The notes beneath the pieces were generated by a model. That model made no database searches. It was not told the DNA's origin and saw nothing but the letters and a program-made list of their open reading frames with translations. This document shows, piece after piece, positions 19,825 to 29,528 of a stretch of 63,113 bases of DNA (positions are counted from its first letter, which is position 1; each line of letters begins with the position of its first letter). This DNA comes from an uncultured Gammaproteobacteria bacterium (GTDB lineage: Bacteria > Patescibacteriota > Microgenomatia > Levybacterales > GWA1-39-11): contig CAYMYC010000005.1 of the NCBI GenBank assembly GCA_964394645.1, positions 1 to 63,113 on the forward strand, in the 5' to 3' direction. Position numbers and translations under genes: made by a program.

Positions 19825-20282
19825 ATTAACCTCCTACTTTTCTTTGACTTTGTATTAACTAAAATACTACACGCAAGTGCAATTAATACAAGGTTCTTAA
19901 TCATATATTGACCCTCTATGGTAGGTATAAATACACTTTGCCATGAATACGCAGGCAAAACAAAAAGCGGCATCATTGTGGTTGCAATATGGACAATAAA
20001 TAAAATAAACACTAACTTAGTTGCTCGGGGAAATAGGAATAACACTCCAATCAACATCTCAAAAAGCGAAAAAGATAAGTAAAATGTATTGAATGGAATA
20101 AACGGAAGAGTCTGACGTTCGAGCGCGTATACAAGTGGTCCTGCTGACGAATTCCCAATTAACTTAACGAGTCCGAAATAAAAATAAATAATAAAAAAGG
20201 AAACTCTTGCAAAAAAAAGATACCATGAAGATATAAATGGTATAATTTTCTTATCCCAAATTCCATCAATTATCTTTGCCAT
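19821..20282 (-). CDS. DoxX/YkgB-like membrane protein
   Basis: FGLVK, FEMLIG, EGQYMIKNLV. Confidence 0.7.
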   Translation of the reverse strand: MAKIIDGIWDKKIIPFISSWYLFFARVSFFIIYFYFGLVKLIGNSSAGPLVYALERQTLPFIPFNTFYLSFSLFEMLIGVLFLFPRATKLVFILFIVHIATTMMPLFVLPAYSWQSVFIPTIEGQYMIKNLVLIALACSILVNTKSKKSRRLI

Positions 20283-20353
20283 ATAATTATTCTATATACC
20301 GTAAAAAAAAGTTCAAGGACTAATTTATTAATTTAATGATGTACGGTTCTAAT

Positions 20354-21925
20354 TTATTCATTTTTATTTTCTTTGCTTGGAGGTAAACTAAAAAAGCCAT
20401 CATTTGCTGTTTTCCATTGGGCAGGACTTATTTTTTTCATTTTTTCTTCTCTGACATAAAGACAGCTAGGTTTCCCGTTATAAAGAAGCTGGACATATGA
20501 AGGTTTTATAAAAGACGGAATTTGACTATTGTAAGGGGCATTGGGTGAACAAAAGTCATAGAAAAAGTCAGGAGGATCAGATCTAAACATAGCGATCCTT
20601 GCATTTTTATATAATGGTATCTGCGGCATCACTCCTGTATACAGACTGTATCTATACGGCGAATTTCTTTTAGAAACCCAATAAATCATATCATCTCCCC
20701 CATCTAAAAATAACGTGTCAGATGATTCTGATAAATGATTAATAACGTTTCCTATGTTCATATCATTCCCAAAATTCGTAAGCAGCTGCTCCTGAAGATC
20801 TATTTTATTGTATAGATATGATCCCGGAAAAAAAACTAGATACAACCATGAAGCAAAAACCATGACAGAAAGTCCAATACTCAATCTTTTATATTTAATA
20901 AATAAGTCCTTAAGAAGTGCAAATGTAATAAAGGTAAACATGCCATACCAAACAAGCATATGATACGCTTCGTAGTATGCTGTTCCAGGAGGTGTTACCC
21001 GTATATTCGCAAGTGCCAGTGAGAATACTAGGAGGAAAACTAACAATTTTTTCCGTTTTTTAAAATATGTAAAAGCAATTCCAAAAAGAAACGTTATACT
21101 TAACGCAATTTCAAAAAAACGCAAAGCGTTAAGTTTACCATAAAAAAATGTAAATACGGGGTATGTAAAAACCTGAATGATTCCTATCCCAAACGTATTA
21201 TTCTTACCGATTTCTCCCTTAATCGCTGTCTGCATGTTTACAGTAAAATCATTGAAAATAAAATCGGCAAGTTGCGTGTTCACTAAAACAGCAAGGATCA
21301 GAAATAAAAATATCAGAATAGACATAGTCTTTTCTCTCTTATATTGTTTCCCGAATAAGATTGCCAAGTACAAAAACAGTGCTAGCGGGATATAAGGTTC
21401 ACGTAAAAATATAATAAGAAACGTTAAAAAACCAGAAAAAATTAAATCAAATGTGGTTTGCTTATTATACTGATATTTATAAAATAGTACGCCTAGTAAA
21501 TATGACGCTGCAAATACAACTATCGATTCAGCTAGAAATCTATCGCCAAAAAAATAAAATTTACTCAATTCATAAACGACGACAAAAAATAATCCCAACC
21601 ATCCAAATCTTTTTATAAAAAAAATACTAAACAAAAAGGAAATAAAAAGTATCACCTGACGATGAACGAGAACTAGATCATAAATATTTATTGAATTATG
21701 AAATTTTTGAATAAAATATGATAACCACGCTGCTCCCATAATATGGTTATAGAATATTTCCGAATACAAGGTTTTACCCTGATTCATGAAATATCCAGCC
21801 ATATAATTCCCACAGTCATCAAAACACCCAAATGATAAGGCTCTTACTGAGAAAATTTTATAAAGAAAGAAATAGAAAGGAAGTAAAACCAAAGTGATCC
21901 CAAATAGTTGAATGAGGTTCTTCAT
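20354..21925 (-). CDS. polytopic membrane protein, GT-C (ArnT/PMT-like) glycosyltransferase candidate
   Basis: N-terminal DD motif after TM1, many TMs, soluble C-terminal domain. Confidence 0.55.
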   Translation of the reverse strand: MKNLIQLFGITLVLLPFYFFLYKIFSVRALSFGCFDDCGNYMAGYFMNQGKTLYSEIFYNHIMGAAWLSYFIQKFHNSINIYDLVLVHRQVILFISFLFSIFFIKRFGWLGLFFVVVYELSKFYFFGDRFLAESIVVFAASYLLGVLFYKYQYNKQTTFDLIFSGFLTFLIIFLREPYIPLALFLYLAILFGKQYKREKTMSILIFLFLILAVLVNTQLADFIFNDFTVNMQTAIKGEIGKNNTFGIGIIQVFTYPVFTFFYGKLNALRFFEIALSITFLFGIAFTYFKKRKKLLVFLLVFSLALANIRVTPPGTAYYEAYHMLVWYGMFTFITFALLKDLFIKYKRLSIGLSVMVFASWLYLVFFPGSYLYNKIDLQEQLLTNFGNDMNIGNVINHLSESSDTLFLDGGDDMIYWVSKRNSPYRYSLYTGVMPQIPLYKNARIAMFRSDPPDFFYDFCSPNAPYNSQIPSFIKPSYVQLLYNGKPSCLYVREEKMKKISPAQWKTANDGFFSLPPSKENKNE

Positions 21926-21959
21926 CTCAATATATTTAATCAAAAATGAAGTCGCTAAA

Positions 21960-22487
21960 CTAGACCACTTTATATACTAATTGGACCGTGCCATTATTAT
22001 TTAATTTTTTCACACTCTCAAGCCTCAACCTGCTATACGCTCCAATTTCTTCCATGAGTGTCTTTCCCTTACCGAATACAACGGGCTCTATTGTGAGATG
22101 AATCTCAGAAATTAATTTTTTTTCTAAAAATAAAGAATTGATCTCTCCTCCTCCAACAAGTAACGCCTGTTTTACTCCTTTTTTTCTATATTTTGCAATA
22201 ATCTTTCCAGGCGCTTCAGAGGTGAATTCAAGCACTCCAGGAATTTTTTCTTTTTCATATCGTTTTTCGTTCTTCGTAAAAATAACTCTCACTCGCCCTT
22301 TCTTGTGTACCATAATATGTTTTGCTATATCATAAGTTTTTGATCCCATGAATATTAATTTGGCTCTATCAATATGTGAAAAAAATATTTGTTGATCTTC
22401 TTTACTAGTCCACGTATAAATATTGGGGCTTACTCCAGATGTTATTTTTCCGTTTATACTGGAAACAGCTAGTAGAATAATATTCAT
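21960..22487 (-). CDS. RibD C-terminal / dihydrofolate reductase family protein
   Basis: SINGKI, MGSKTY, LVGGGEIN, IEPVVFGKG. Confidence 0.85.
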   Translation of the reverse strand: MNIILLAVSSINGKITSGVSPNIYTWTSKEDQQIFFSHIDRAKLIFMGSKTYDIAKHIMVHKKGRVRVIFTKNEKRYEKEKIPGVLEFTSEAPGKIIAKYRKKGVKQALLVGGGEINSLFLEKKLISEIHLTIEPVVFGKGKTLMEEIGAYSRLRLESVKKLNNNGTVQLVYKVV

Positions 22488-22498
22488 GCACGGTGAGT

Positions 22499-23161
22499 TT
22501 ACTTTTTTCCCCTTAACCATTTAACACCCAGATAAACAAATGGAGTCTCAATTGCTGATGCGAAACATTTTAATAACCAGTATGGGAGTATTACGCTTGA
22601 GAGAAATATCAGATTATCATAAACTGGCTTATCTAATGCGTAAAAAGCTAAAGTTATAAATAAAATCGTATCAAATAATTGAGCTATACCATTTGATAAG
22701 TTATTTCGAAACCAGAGCGCTTTGCTTCCTAGTTTTTTCTTGATTTTTAAAAACACATATATGTCTGCAAATTCAGAAATTATAAGCGCAATAAGCGATG
22801 CTGCTGCGAGCCTTGTTGAGAAGCCAAAAATTGTATCATACGCATTCTCACTCTTTGTAAATCTCATAGAAGGAGGGAGAGATGTCGCAAGGATTGTAAA
22901 AAGAAAGAGAATAAATACAACAATAATTCCTGATCTTACTACGCTTCTTGCACGCGCTCTTCCATAAACCTCTGCAACCATATCATTTATTGTAAAAACA
23001 AAAGGAAATAAAAAGATTGCAATACTTGCATTGAGTTGATATCCCAAAATGTTTATAAGGGGAAATGTTTTTGCTCCCATTAATTCAGACGCGACAATAC
23101 AGAAGATATACGCAGATATAAGTAAATCCATTTTTTCCGCTGGTAAAATTGCCCTTATCAT
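22499..23161 (-). CDS. queuosine precursor transporter (YhhQ/VUT family)
   Basis: FPFVFTINDMVAEVYG, RNNLSNGIAQLFDT, ETPFVY. Confidence 0.85.
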   Translation of the reverse strand: MIRAILPAEKMDLLISAYIFCIVASELMGAKTFPLINILGYQLNASIAIFLFPFVFTINDMVAEVYGRARARSVVRSGIIVVFILFLFTILATSLPPSMRFTKSENAYDTIFGFSTRLAAASLIALIISEFADIYVFLKIKKKLGSKALWFRNNLSNGIAQLFDTILFITLAFYALDKPVYDNLIFLSSVILPYWLLKCFASAIETPFVYLGVKWLRGKK

Positions 23162-23206
23162 GTGAAGGATTGTATCACAGGCAAACTAGTTAAGTATAGA
23201 GGAAAA

Positions 23207-23761
23207 TTATTTACTGAATACGTTAGATGGGGAAATAAGAATTGCTCCTATAATAGTTCCTTTGGAATCTTTCAGCTGAACTATCTCCAATATAATTCCA
23301 TCTGGATAAGCAGTACTCTTCTCTATGAAAGAACGTGGTGTACCATCAAACATGGTTTTTGCAATTTCTCCGCTAGTATCAAAATTATACGTTTGTCCAA
23401 CTTCAGCAGGATTAGTATCGGCAATTATTTTTTTATTTTTATCTACTACAACTATGTCTCTTCCTGTTTTTTCACCAATTGACTCTATGTATGATTGCAA
23501 TTGACCAGGAATTTTAATAAGCGGGATAACAGGCGGGAATGAAGTTACAGTAGTACCAATAATATTTGCCTCTTCTATGGATTCCAAGTCTTGATATTTT
23601 TGAATTCCTCCTTGAAGTTGAACAGCATGACCACGCCATTCTTTTTTTACAGTTAAATATTTAAAAGCTAAAATTCCAAGAATTACAAATAAAGCAAGTA
23701 TGCAAAGAAGTAATAAATTATGGTGATGACGTAAAGTTTCGTGTGTTGCGGTTTTTGGCAT
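23207..23761 (-). CDS. TM-anchored hypothetical protein with Cache-like extracellular domain
   Basis: IVVVDKNKKIIADTNP. Confidence 0.5.
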   Translation of the reverse strand: MPKTATHETLRHHHNLLLLCILALFVILGILAFKYLTVKKEWRGHAVQLQGGIQKYQDLESIEEANIIGTTVTSFPPVIPLIKIPGQLQSYIESIGEKTGRDIVVVDKNKKIIADTNPAEVGQTYNFDTSGEIAKTMFDGTPRSFIEKSTAYPDGIILEIVQLKDSKGTIIGAILISPSNVFSK

Positions 23762-23853
23762 ATCTTCATTATTGCCAATCTTTAAGTTACTTGTCAATAG
23801 ACATTTTAAATGTACACTTGACAAATAACCCTGACAAATCATACGCTTAATTC

Positions 23854-25527
23854 ATGGTGAAAGTTATCCAAAAGAAAAAGAAAAAATTCTTATTTCACCC
23901 GCTTATTCGCAATCCCTACTTCCCTATCATCGCCTTAGCAATTTTAGGTATAGGAGCATATGCTCTCTTAAAAACGAATCATCTCTTTGACTTTCGAGCT
24001 CCAGCACAAAGCAGCATACCATACACAATGACCTTAGGAACAGAGGAAGCTGGTCTTCCAAACATTCCAAATGAATTACTTGGAAGCTGGCCGGACACAA
24101 CTCTTTCAATGGTAAGAGATCCAAATGGAATAAAACTATGGCTTACTTCGGAAGTAAGATCTTATAGATATAGCGGGCAAGATTTAAATAATTTATCCCC
24201 CCAAGCAAGAACATCAGGGGGGAACCCTATTCCTGTTTTTCTACCGAGTAATCCAGGAGGTACTGAGTTTGACGCAGATTATGTGGGATTCGGAAGCGTT
24301 CTCCCGGGGTCAAATCCTGGAGAACTCATCGGAATTTACCATGCAGAACATCACTGTCCAGGAAAACCAAATAATCCATATACAGCAACCATAGGGGTAG
24401 CAACATCAACAGACGGAGGAATATCATGGAATCGAAAAGGCGCAATAATTACAGGAAGAACACATGATACAAGCTGCGATAAACCGCGGGTAAGCGGTGC
24501 AGGACAACCTTCAGCTATAAAAATAGGAGATTATCTCTATGTATATTACACTGATTGGAGCGCTGGTTATCCAGATCAAATTTATCTTGCCCGCGCGTCT
24601 TTCAATTTAGCTACTACACCTGGAAGTTACAAAAAATGGCACAACGGTACCTTCTCTACTCCTGGTTTAGGAGGGGAAAGTACTCCTATAATATCTCGTC
24701 CTGAACCTGTTTCTGAAAGTGTATTTGTTTCTCTTGCAAACATCAGTTTTAATACGTACCTAAATAGATACCTACTTTTATTTCAGGCATCAAACGGTTT
24801 CTATACAGCACTATCTACTGATGGAATTTTTTTTGATACGCCTCAAATGATTCCAATTACATTTCCTAGAAATCTTGGGAATTTGACTACGGGAGATGTA
24901 TGGTATTACTATGCTACCCTCATCTCTCCGAATGCACCCGGCGCGTGGGAAACTAACCAAACTGGATATTTATATTATTCAAAAGGACAACATAACGCAG
25001 CCTATCACACAATGTATAGAAGACCGTTTACGCTCAATTTATTGTTCCCGTCTCCCACGGCTACAAATATCCCAACGGTAACCATACAAACTCCTTCTCC
25101 TACCATCACGAAAACTCCCCAGGCGGCTTCTACCCCAACTCCAACTGTAACGCCTAGACCACCTACAGCAACAGCCAAACCCCCAATACCAACTGTGACA
25201 CCAACTGTTATCGCAGTTGATATACAAGCACCTAATGTAGTAATTCTGAACCCAGGAAACAACTTTTTAATATCTAAAAATACAACTACAATCCAAACAG
25301 AGGCTACGGATAATAGAAAAGTTTCAGCAGTTGAGTTTTATATAGATGGAAAATTAAACAGAATTGATGCTCAATATCCATATACTTACTCCTGGAATAC
25401 AAAAAACCTATCTAAGGGTGAACATAAAATCAAAGTAGTCGCATATGATCAGAATAATAACTCAGCGGCAGATGAAATCATCGTCAACAAATCAAAAAGC
25501 ACGCCATTTTATTATTTCTGGAGATAG
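23854..25527 (+). CDS. exported beta-propeller (GH32/43-like) + Pro/Thr linker + Ig-like (Big_7-type) domain
   Basis: STDGGISW Asp-box; PT-rich linker; VEFYIDG..APY-like..WNT. Confidence 0.65.
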   Translation: MVKVIQKKKKKFLFHPLIRNPYFPIIALAILGIGAYALLKTNHLFDFRAPAQSSIPYTMTLGTEEAGLPNIPNELLGSWPDTTLSMVRDPNGIKLWLTSEVRSYRYSGQDLNNLSPQARTSGGNPIPVFLPSNPGGTEFDADYVGFGSVLPGSNPGELIGIYHAEHHCPGKPNNPYTATIGVATSTDGGISWNRKGAIITGRTHDTSCDKPRVSGAGQPSAIKIGDYLYVYYTDWSAGYPDQIYLARASFNLATTPGSYKKWHNGTFSTPGLGGESTPIISRPEPVSESVFVSLANISFNTYLNRYLLLFQASNGFYTALSTDGIFFDTPQMIPITFPRNLGNLTTGDVWYYYATLISPNAPGAWETNQTGYLYYSKGQHNAAYHTMYRRPFTLNLLFPSPTATNIPTVTIQTPSPTITKTPQAASTPTPTVTPRPPTATAKPPIPTVTPTVIAVDIQAPNVVILNPGNNFLISKNTTTIQTEATDNRKVSAVEFYIDGKLNRIDAQYPYTYSWNTKNLSKGEHKIKVVAYDQNNNSAADEIIVNKSKSTPFYYFWR

Positions 25528-25532
25528 ATACG

Positions 25533-26189
25533 TTAACGATTTCTATATAACATCTTAGTTACGATGATTATAAAAAGATCAATTCCTATAGGTACTAGTA
25601 AGTAGTAGGATCCAATTTTAAATAAGTGGTTAAATAGAGATAAAAAATTCCAGTTGATTGTATCAAATCGTAAGCCAAGAATATAAAATACTAGTAGAAA
25701 AACAGTTACCAGTATAAAAAACTCAATTGCCCCCTCCATATCCTTTTTTGATGAAAACATGGTATTTGCAATAGCAAAAACAGAATAAAGACTGAGAATT
25801 ATTATTCCAAACGACGCGATTAGCGAAAATGATAATATCAGATAGATTATAATTAAAAGAAGTATTGTTCCGCTTATAAATGGTGCTATACCAATAAAAA
25901 AATTGCGTATAATATCTGTCTTGCCCACTTGAACACTACCTAGTCTTAACCCACCCTGGATATATTCTGGCATTAATTCCATTTTTCCGACTCGAACCCC
26001 TAAAATAGAGGCTGCGATAGCATGTGACAATTCGTGTATGATTGTTCCAGGAAGAAACAAAAATGCAAAGAAAAATATTGTTATTTTTTGATTTCTTGTG
26101 ATTTTGTAAAAGGCATAGGCAATGCTTTGAGTTGTTTTTTGGGAAATAAAAAAAAGAAATAGTAGCTCTAGAAAAAATAGTATTACCAT
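25533..26189 (-). CDS. M50-like membrane metallopeptidase
   Basis: PGTIIHELSH and IGIAPF. Confidence 0.7.
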   Translation of the reverse strand: MVILFFLELLFLFFISQKTTQSIAYAFYKITRNQKITIFFFAFLFLPGTIIHELSHAIAASILGVRVGKMELMPEYIQGGLRLGSVQVGKTDIIRNFFIGIAPFISGTILLLIIIYLILSFSLIASFGIIILSLYSVFAIANTMFSSKKDMEGAIEFFILVTVFLLVFYILGLRFDTINWNFLSLFNHLFKIGSYYLLVPIGIDLFIIIVTKMLYRNR

Positions 26190-26228
26190 GTAATAACTAT
26201 ACCAATTATTTTTTTCTAAACAAAATAG

Positions 26229-26714
26229 CTATGTTCCTTTCCTAATGTAAGTAACTAAATACCATGGAACTCTCTCCTCCCAAGATTTTTTTTCCTTTAT
26301 ATTCTTCCTTATTTCAGTACCTGTTAGTATGTTTCTTTTTAAATATCCAATGTTGACAACCGGAATCTTCCTTTTCTCAAAAATTCCATTTACCCAATCA
26401 TTATCACCTACCACAACATCTATATCTTTTACTTTTTTCTCAATAATCCCAAACCATTCATCATCATCTGGAACATCTTCAATTGAAATAATATCTAGAA
26501 CTTTTGAATTTAATTTTTCATGTATTATAAACTCTTGCACAAAGCTCTTTCTTGTCTTAAAACTATATGGATTTTTATCATCTTTAATATTTGAACTTCC
26601 TACGGCTATTATGACCGTATCGGCAAACTCAAGCGCTTTATCAATTAAGTATTTATGTCCCAAATGAAATGGCTGAAATCTTCCTACAATCAGCGCTTTT
26701 TTATATTTTGCCAT
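26229..26714 (-). CDS. nicotinamide-nucleotide adenylyltransferase (NadM-like)
   Basis: GRFQPFHLGH, NPYS, TGTEIR. Confidence 0.85.
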   Translation of the reverse strand: MAKYKKALIVGRFQPFHLGHKYLIDKALEFADTVIIAVGSSNIKDDKNPYSFKTRKSFVQEFIIHEKLNSKVLDIISIEDVPDDDEWFGIIEKKVKDIDVVVGDNDWVNGIFEKRKIPVVNIGYLKRNILTGTEIRKNIKEKKSWEERVPWYLVTYIRKGT

Positions 26715-27411
26715 ATAAATATTTTCTCCTTACATCCTCATCAAATCTTTCGATTGCATAGCGCAGAGCAGTTCTCCCCATGCTTTTATAGTACTTCTTT
26801 AAATATTCCTTCTCTCTTTTTTCAGATATTCGCTTTCCTACTTCTCGCAACATCCACCCTACTGCCTTTTGAATAAGATCATTCTTGTCTGATATTAAAA
26901 TCGTAGCAATTTCAAATGTAGTAACACAATTACTGTCCTTTATTATAAACTGAAAAGTTGCAAGCATAGCAATGCGCTTATCCCACATGTTTTCAGATTT
27001 TGCTAATTTTATAAGAATAGATTTATCTTTTTGACTCCTCAAATACTCACCTACTATTTTAGGTGCTGATAAATCTACTAGATCCCAATTATTGACGTAC
27101 TGTCTGTTGTTCAAATAATATGCGTAAATCTCTTGCCTTACGTTTTCGTCACCCTTTTGAAAATTATTAACTAACATAAGTAATGCGATTAATCGTTCTT
27201 CGTGATTTTTTGACTGTAATAGTATAGTAATATCAGCAATTGGCAAATCTGAATATTCTATAGCTAACTTTCTTGAAGCTGGTACTGTAAGACCTATGAA
27301 TATGTCTCCTTCACCATATTCTCCTTTTCCGGTCTTGAAAAAACGGGAAGATGCACTTGCTCTATCGGGGTTTTTCTGATTTTGTAATGAAGTATAAAAA
27401 TTATTTAGCAT
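26701..27411 (-). CDS. DNA alkylation repair protein (AlkD-like)
   Basis: FFKTGKGEYGEGD, NNWDLVD, KAVGWMLRE. Confidence 0.9.
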   Translation of the reverse strand: MLNNFYTSLQNQKNPDRASASSRFFKTGKGEYGEGDIFIGLTVPASRKLAIEYSDLPIADITILLQSKNHEERLIALLMLVNNFQKGDENVRQEIYAYYLNNRQYVNNWDLVDLSAPKIVGEYLRSQKDKSILIKLAKSENMWDKRIAMLATFQFIIKDSNCVTTFEIATILISDKNDLIQKAVGWMLREVGKRISEKREKEYLKKYYKSMGRTALRYAIERFDEDVRRKYLYGKI

Positions 27412-27778
27412 CAGATAACTCATCTACGCGGCTTTTAATTTTACCTATCAACTCATCAAGATTTGTTTCAGACTTTATAAATACCTCAAGATCGTCTGCA
27501 TCCTGAGTTCCTGCCATATTTGTAAGTATTACTGTAGGAATATTTTTTCTCATATCATGTTTCAGTATATGATAAAAAGTGTATCCATCCATTTCAGGCA
27601 TAACAAAATCAAGCACAATAAAGGAAACTTCATGTTCCGTTAGATAATCAAGTGCTTCCTTGCCTGTAACTGCGACTATAGCATGCAAACCCGCTGCTTC
27701 TACACGCTCTGAAAAGCGATTTGTAAACTCTACATCATCATCTACGATAAGAATTTTTTTCTTTGTGTCGTCATTCAT
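27401..27778 (-). CDS. single-domain response regulator (REC)
   Basis: IVDDD, LDFVMPEMDG, ILTN, FIKS. Confidence 0.85.
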   Translation of the reverse strand: MNDDTKKKILIVDDDVEFTNRFSERVEAAGLHAIVAVTGKEALDYLTEHEVSFIVLDFVMPEMDGYTFYHILKHDMRKNIPTVILTNMAGTQDADDLEVFIKSETNLDELIGKIKSRVDELSDAK

Positions 27779-27779
27779 A

Positions 27780-28148
27780 TTAGCTTAAGCTTAGTTTTGC
27801 TTTAATTTTCTCAATTAACGTATCAAGATTTGTTTCAGACTTTACAAATATATCAAGATCTTGTGGCATATTTTTTGCATTTGGAAAATTGGTTAAAATT
27901 ATTGTAGGAATATTTTTTCTCATGTCCCTATTTATAATGTGGTGCACAGAGTATCCATCCATTTCAGGCATAACAAAATCAAGTATTAAAAAATCAACTT
28001 CGTTTTGAGTAATATAGTCAAGTGCTTCTTTTGGCGTAAATGCACTATGAACACGCAATCCCTGTGCTTCAATCTTATGTGAAAACTCTTTTACAAATTC
28101 AGTATCATCGTCTACTATTAATATTCTCTTGTCCGTTTTCTCTTCCAC
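27780..28148 (-). CDS. single-domain response regulator (REC), tandem paralogue
   Basis: Same motifs; identical DNA blocks shared with the neighbour. Confidence 0.85.
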   Translation of the reverse strand: MEEKTDKRILIVDDDTEFVKEFSHKIEAQGLRVHSAFTPKEALDYITQNEVDFLILDFVMPEMDGYSVHHIINRDMRKNIPTIILTNFPNAKNMPQDLDIFVKSETNLDTLIEKIKAKLSLS

Positions 28149-28261
28149 TAGCTAACTATAATACCTGCTCTTTCAAATGTCAAACAAAATAGTTAAATAT
28201 TTACTCAGTATTTTCTCTAAATTTCCATTTTTTTATTACACAAATGGTATAATTCCATGAT

Positions 28262-29218
28262 ATGAAAACTGTTTGGGAAAAACTTATTTCTCCATTCTTT
28301 GTTCAAGCGCCCATGGAAGATGTGACTGATACCGTCTTCAGACAGGTACTCGCCTCTGTAGGAAAACCTGATTTATACTTTACTGAATTTACAAACGCTG
28401 ATGGGATAATAAAAGGTGGAGAAAGGTATATTCACCAACGCCTTAAATATACAGATTTTGAACGCCCTTTGATTGCTCAAATTTGGGGAAAAAATCCGGA
28501 TCACTATTTTAAGGCAGCAAAAATACTAAAAGACTTAAACTATGATGGAATTGACATAAATATGGGGTGTCCAGATAGAAAAATAGTGAAAAATGGATGC
28601 TGTGCGGGTCTTATTAATAACCCCAAACTTGCTCAGGAACTTTATCTTGCCGCAAAAGAAGGCGCAGAAAACAGTATGCCTGTATCCGTGAAAACAAGAA
28701 TTGGATATAACAAAATCGCAACTGAGGAATGGATCGGCTTTTTACTCACTCTTAAACCTGCAGCCATAACGGTTCACGCAAGAACTGCCTCTGAGATGTC
28801 TAAAGTTCCAGCCCACTTTGAGGAACTCGGAAAAGCAGTACTTTTAAGAAATAAGATTAATAAAAAAACAACTATAGTGGCGAATGGAGATATTTTAAAT
28901 AAAGATATGGGAAAACAAATTGTAAAAACTTACGGTGTTGATGGGATAATGATTGGTCGTGGAATGTTACACAACCCATGGGTATTTTCAGGTAAAAAAA
29001 CTGAAGATATCTCTATCTCTGACAGATTAAACCTTCTAAAAAAGCACATTTCACTTTTTGATGTCACATGGAAAGACACTAAAAATTTTGAGATTATGAA
29101 AAAGTTTTACAAGGCATATCTTGCCGGATTTGAAGGTGCTTCCGAAATGAGACAAAGACTTATGGAACTTCATACGGGAAAAGACACAATTTTAGAAATT
29201 GATCGTATGCTAAAATAA
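28262..29218 (+). CDS. dus: tRNA-dihydrouridine synthase
   Basis: APMEDVTD, DINMGCP, VSVKTRIG, VHART, NGDI, MIGRG. Confidence 0.9.
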   Translation: MKTVWEKLISPFFVQAPMEDVTDTVFRQVLASVGKPDLYFTEFTNADGIIKGGERYIHQRLKYTDFERPLIAQIWGKNPDHYFKAAKILKDLNYDGIDINMGCPDRKIVKNGCCAGLINNPKLAQELYLAAKEGAENSMPVSVKTRIGYNKIATEEWIGFLLTLKPAAITVHARTASEMSKVPAHFEELGKAVLLRNKINKKTTIVANGDILNKDMGKQIVKTYGVDGIMIGRGMLHNPWVFSGKKTEDISISDRLNLLKKHISLFDVTWKDTKNFEIMKKFYKAYLAGFEGASEMRQRLMELHTGKDTILEIDRMLK

Positions 29219-29235
29219 AATTAATTTATGAATTA

Positions 29236-29457
29236 CTACTTTTTCTTTTTGGAATAAGACCTTCCCACCCCACGTGCTATCATAATGTCATAAATTGCAG
29301 ATGCTCCCACTAGGATATAAATAATTTTTTCAACTACAGGTGATCCTGCAAGTAAAACGTTTATAAAATTTACACCTAATATTCCGATTATTCCCCAGTT
29401 TAACGCTCCAATAATTACCAAAACGTATGTAGCTATTCTTAATGCTCTGTGATTAAT
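29236..29457 (-). CDS. DUF378 family protein (second copy; probable ATT start at 29457)
   Basis: IIGALNWGIIG..IIYILVGASA; AAGGAGGTGA lies 6 nt before an in-frame ATT; no in-frame ATG upstream. Confidence 0.75.
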   Translation of the reverse strand: MNHRALRIATYVLVIIGALNWGIIGILGVNFINVLLAGSPVVEKIIYILVGASAIYDIMIARGVGRSYSKKKK

Positions 29458-29528
29458 ATATATTCACCTCCTTATATAATTTCTTACAATTCTAGTGTAG
29501 CTGAATTTTTAAAAAAAAGTCAAGTAGA

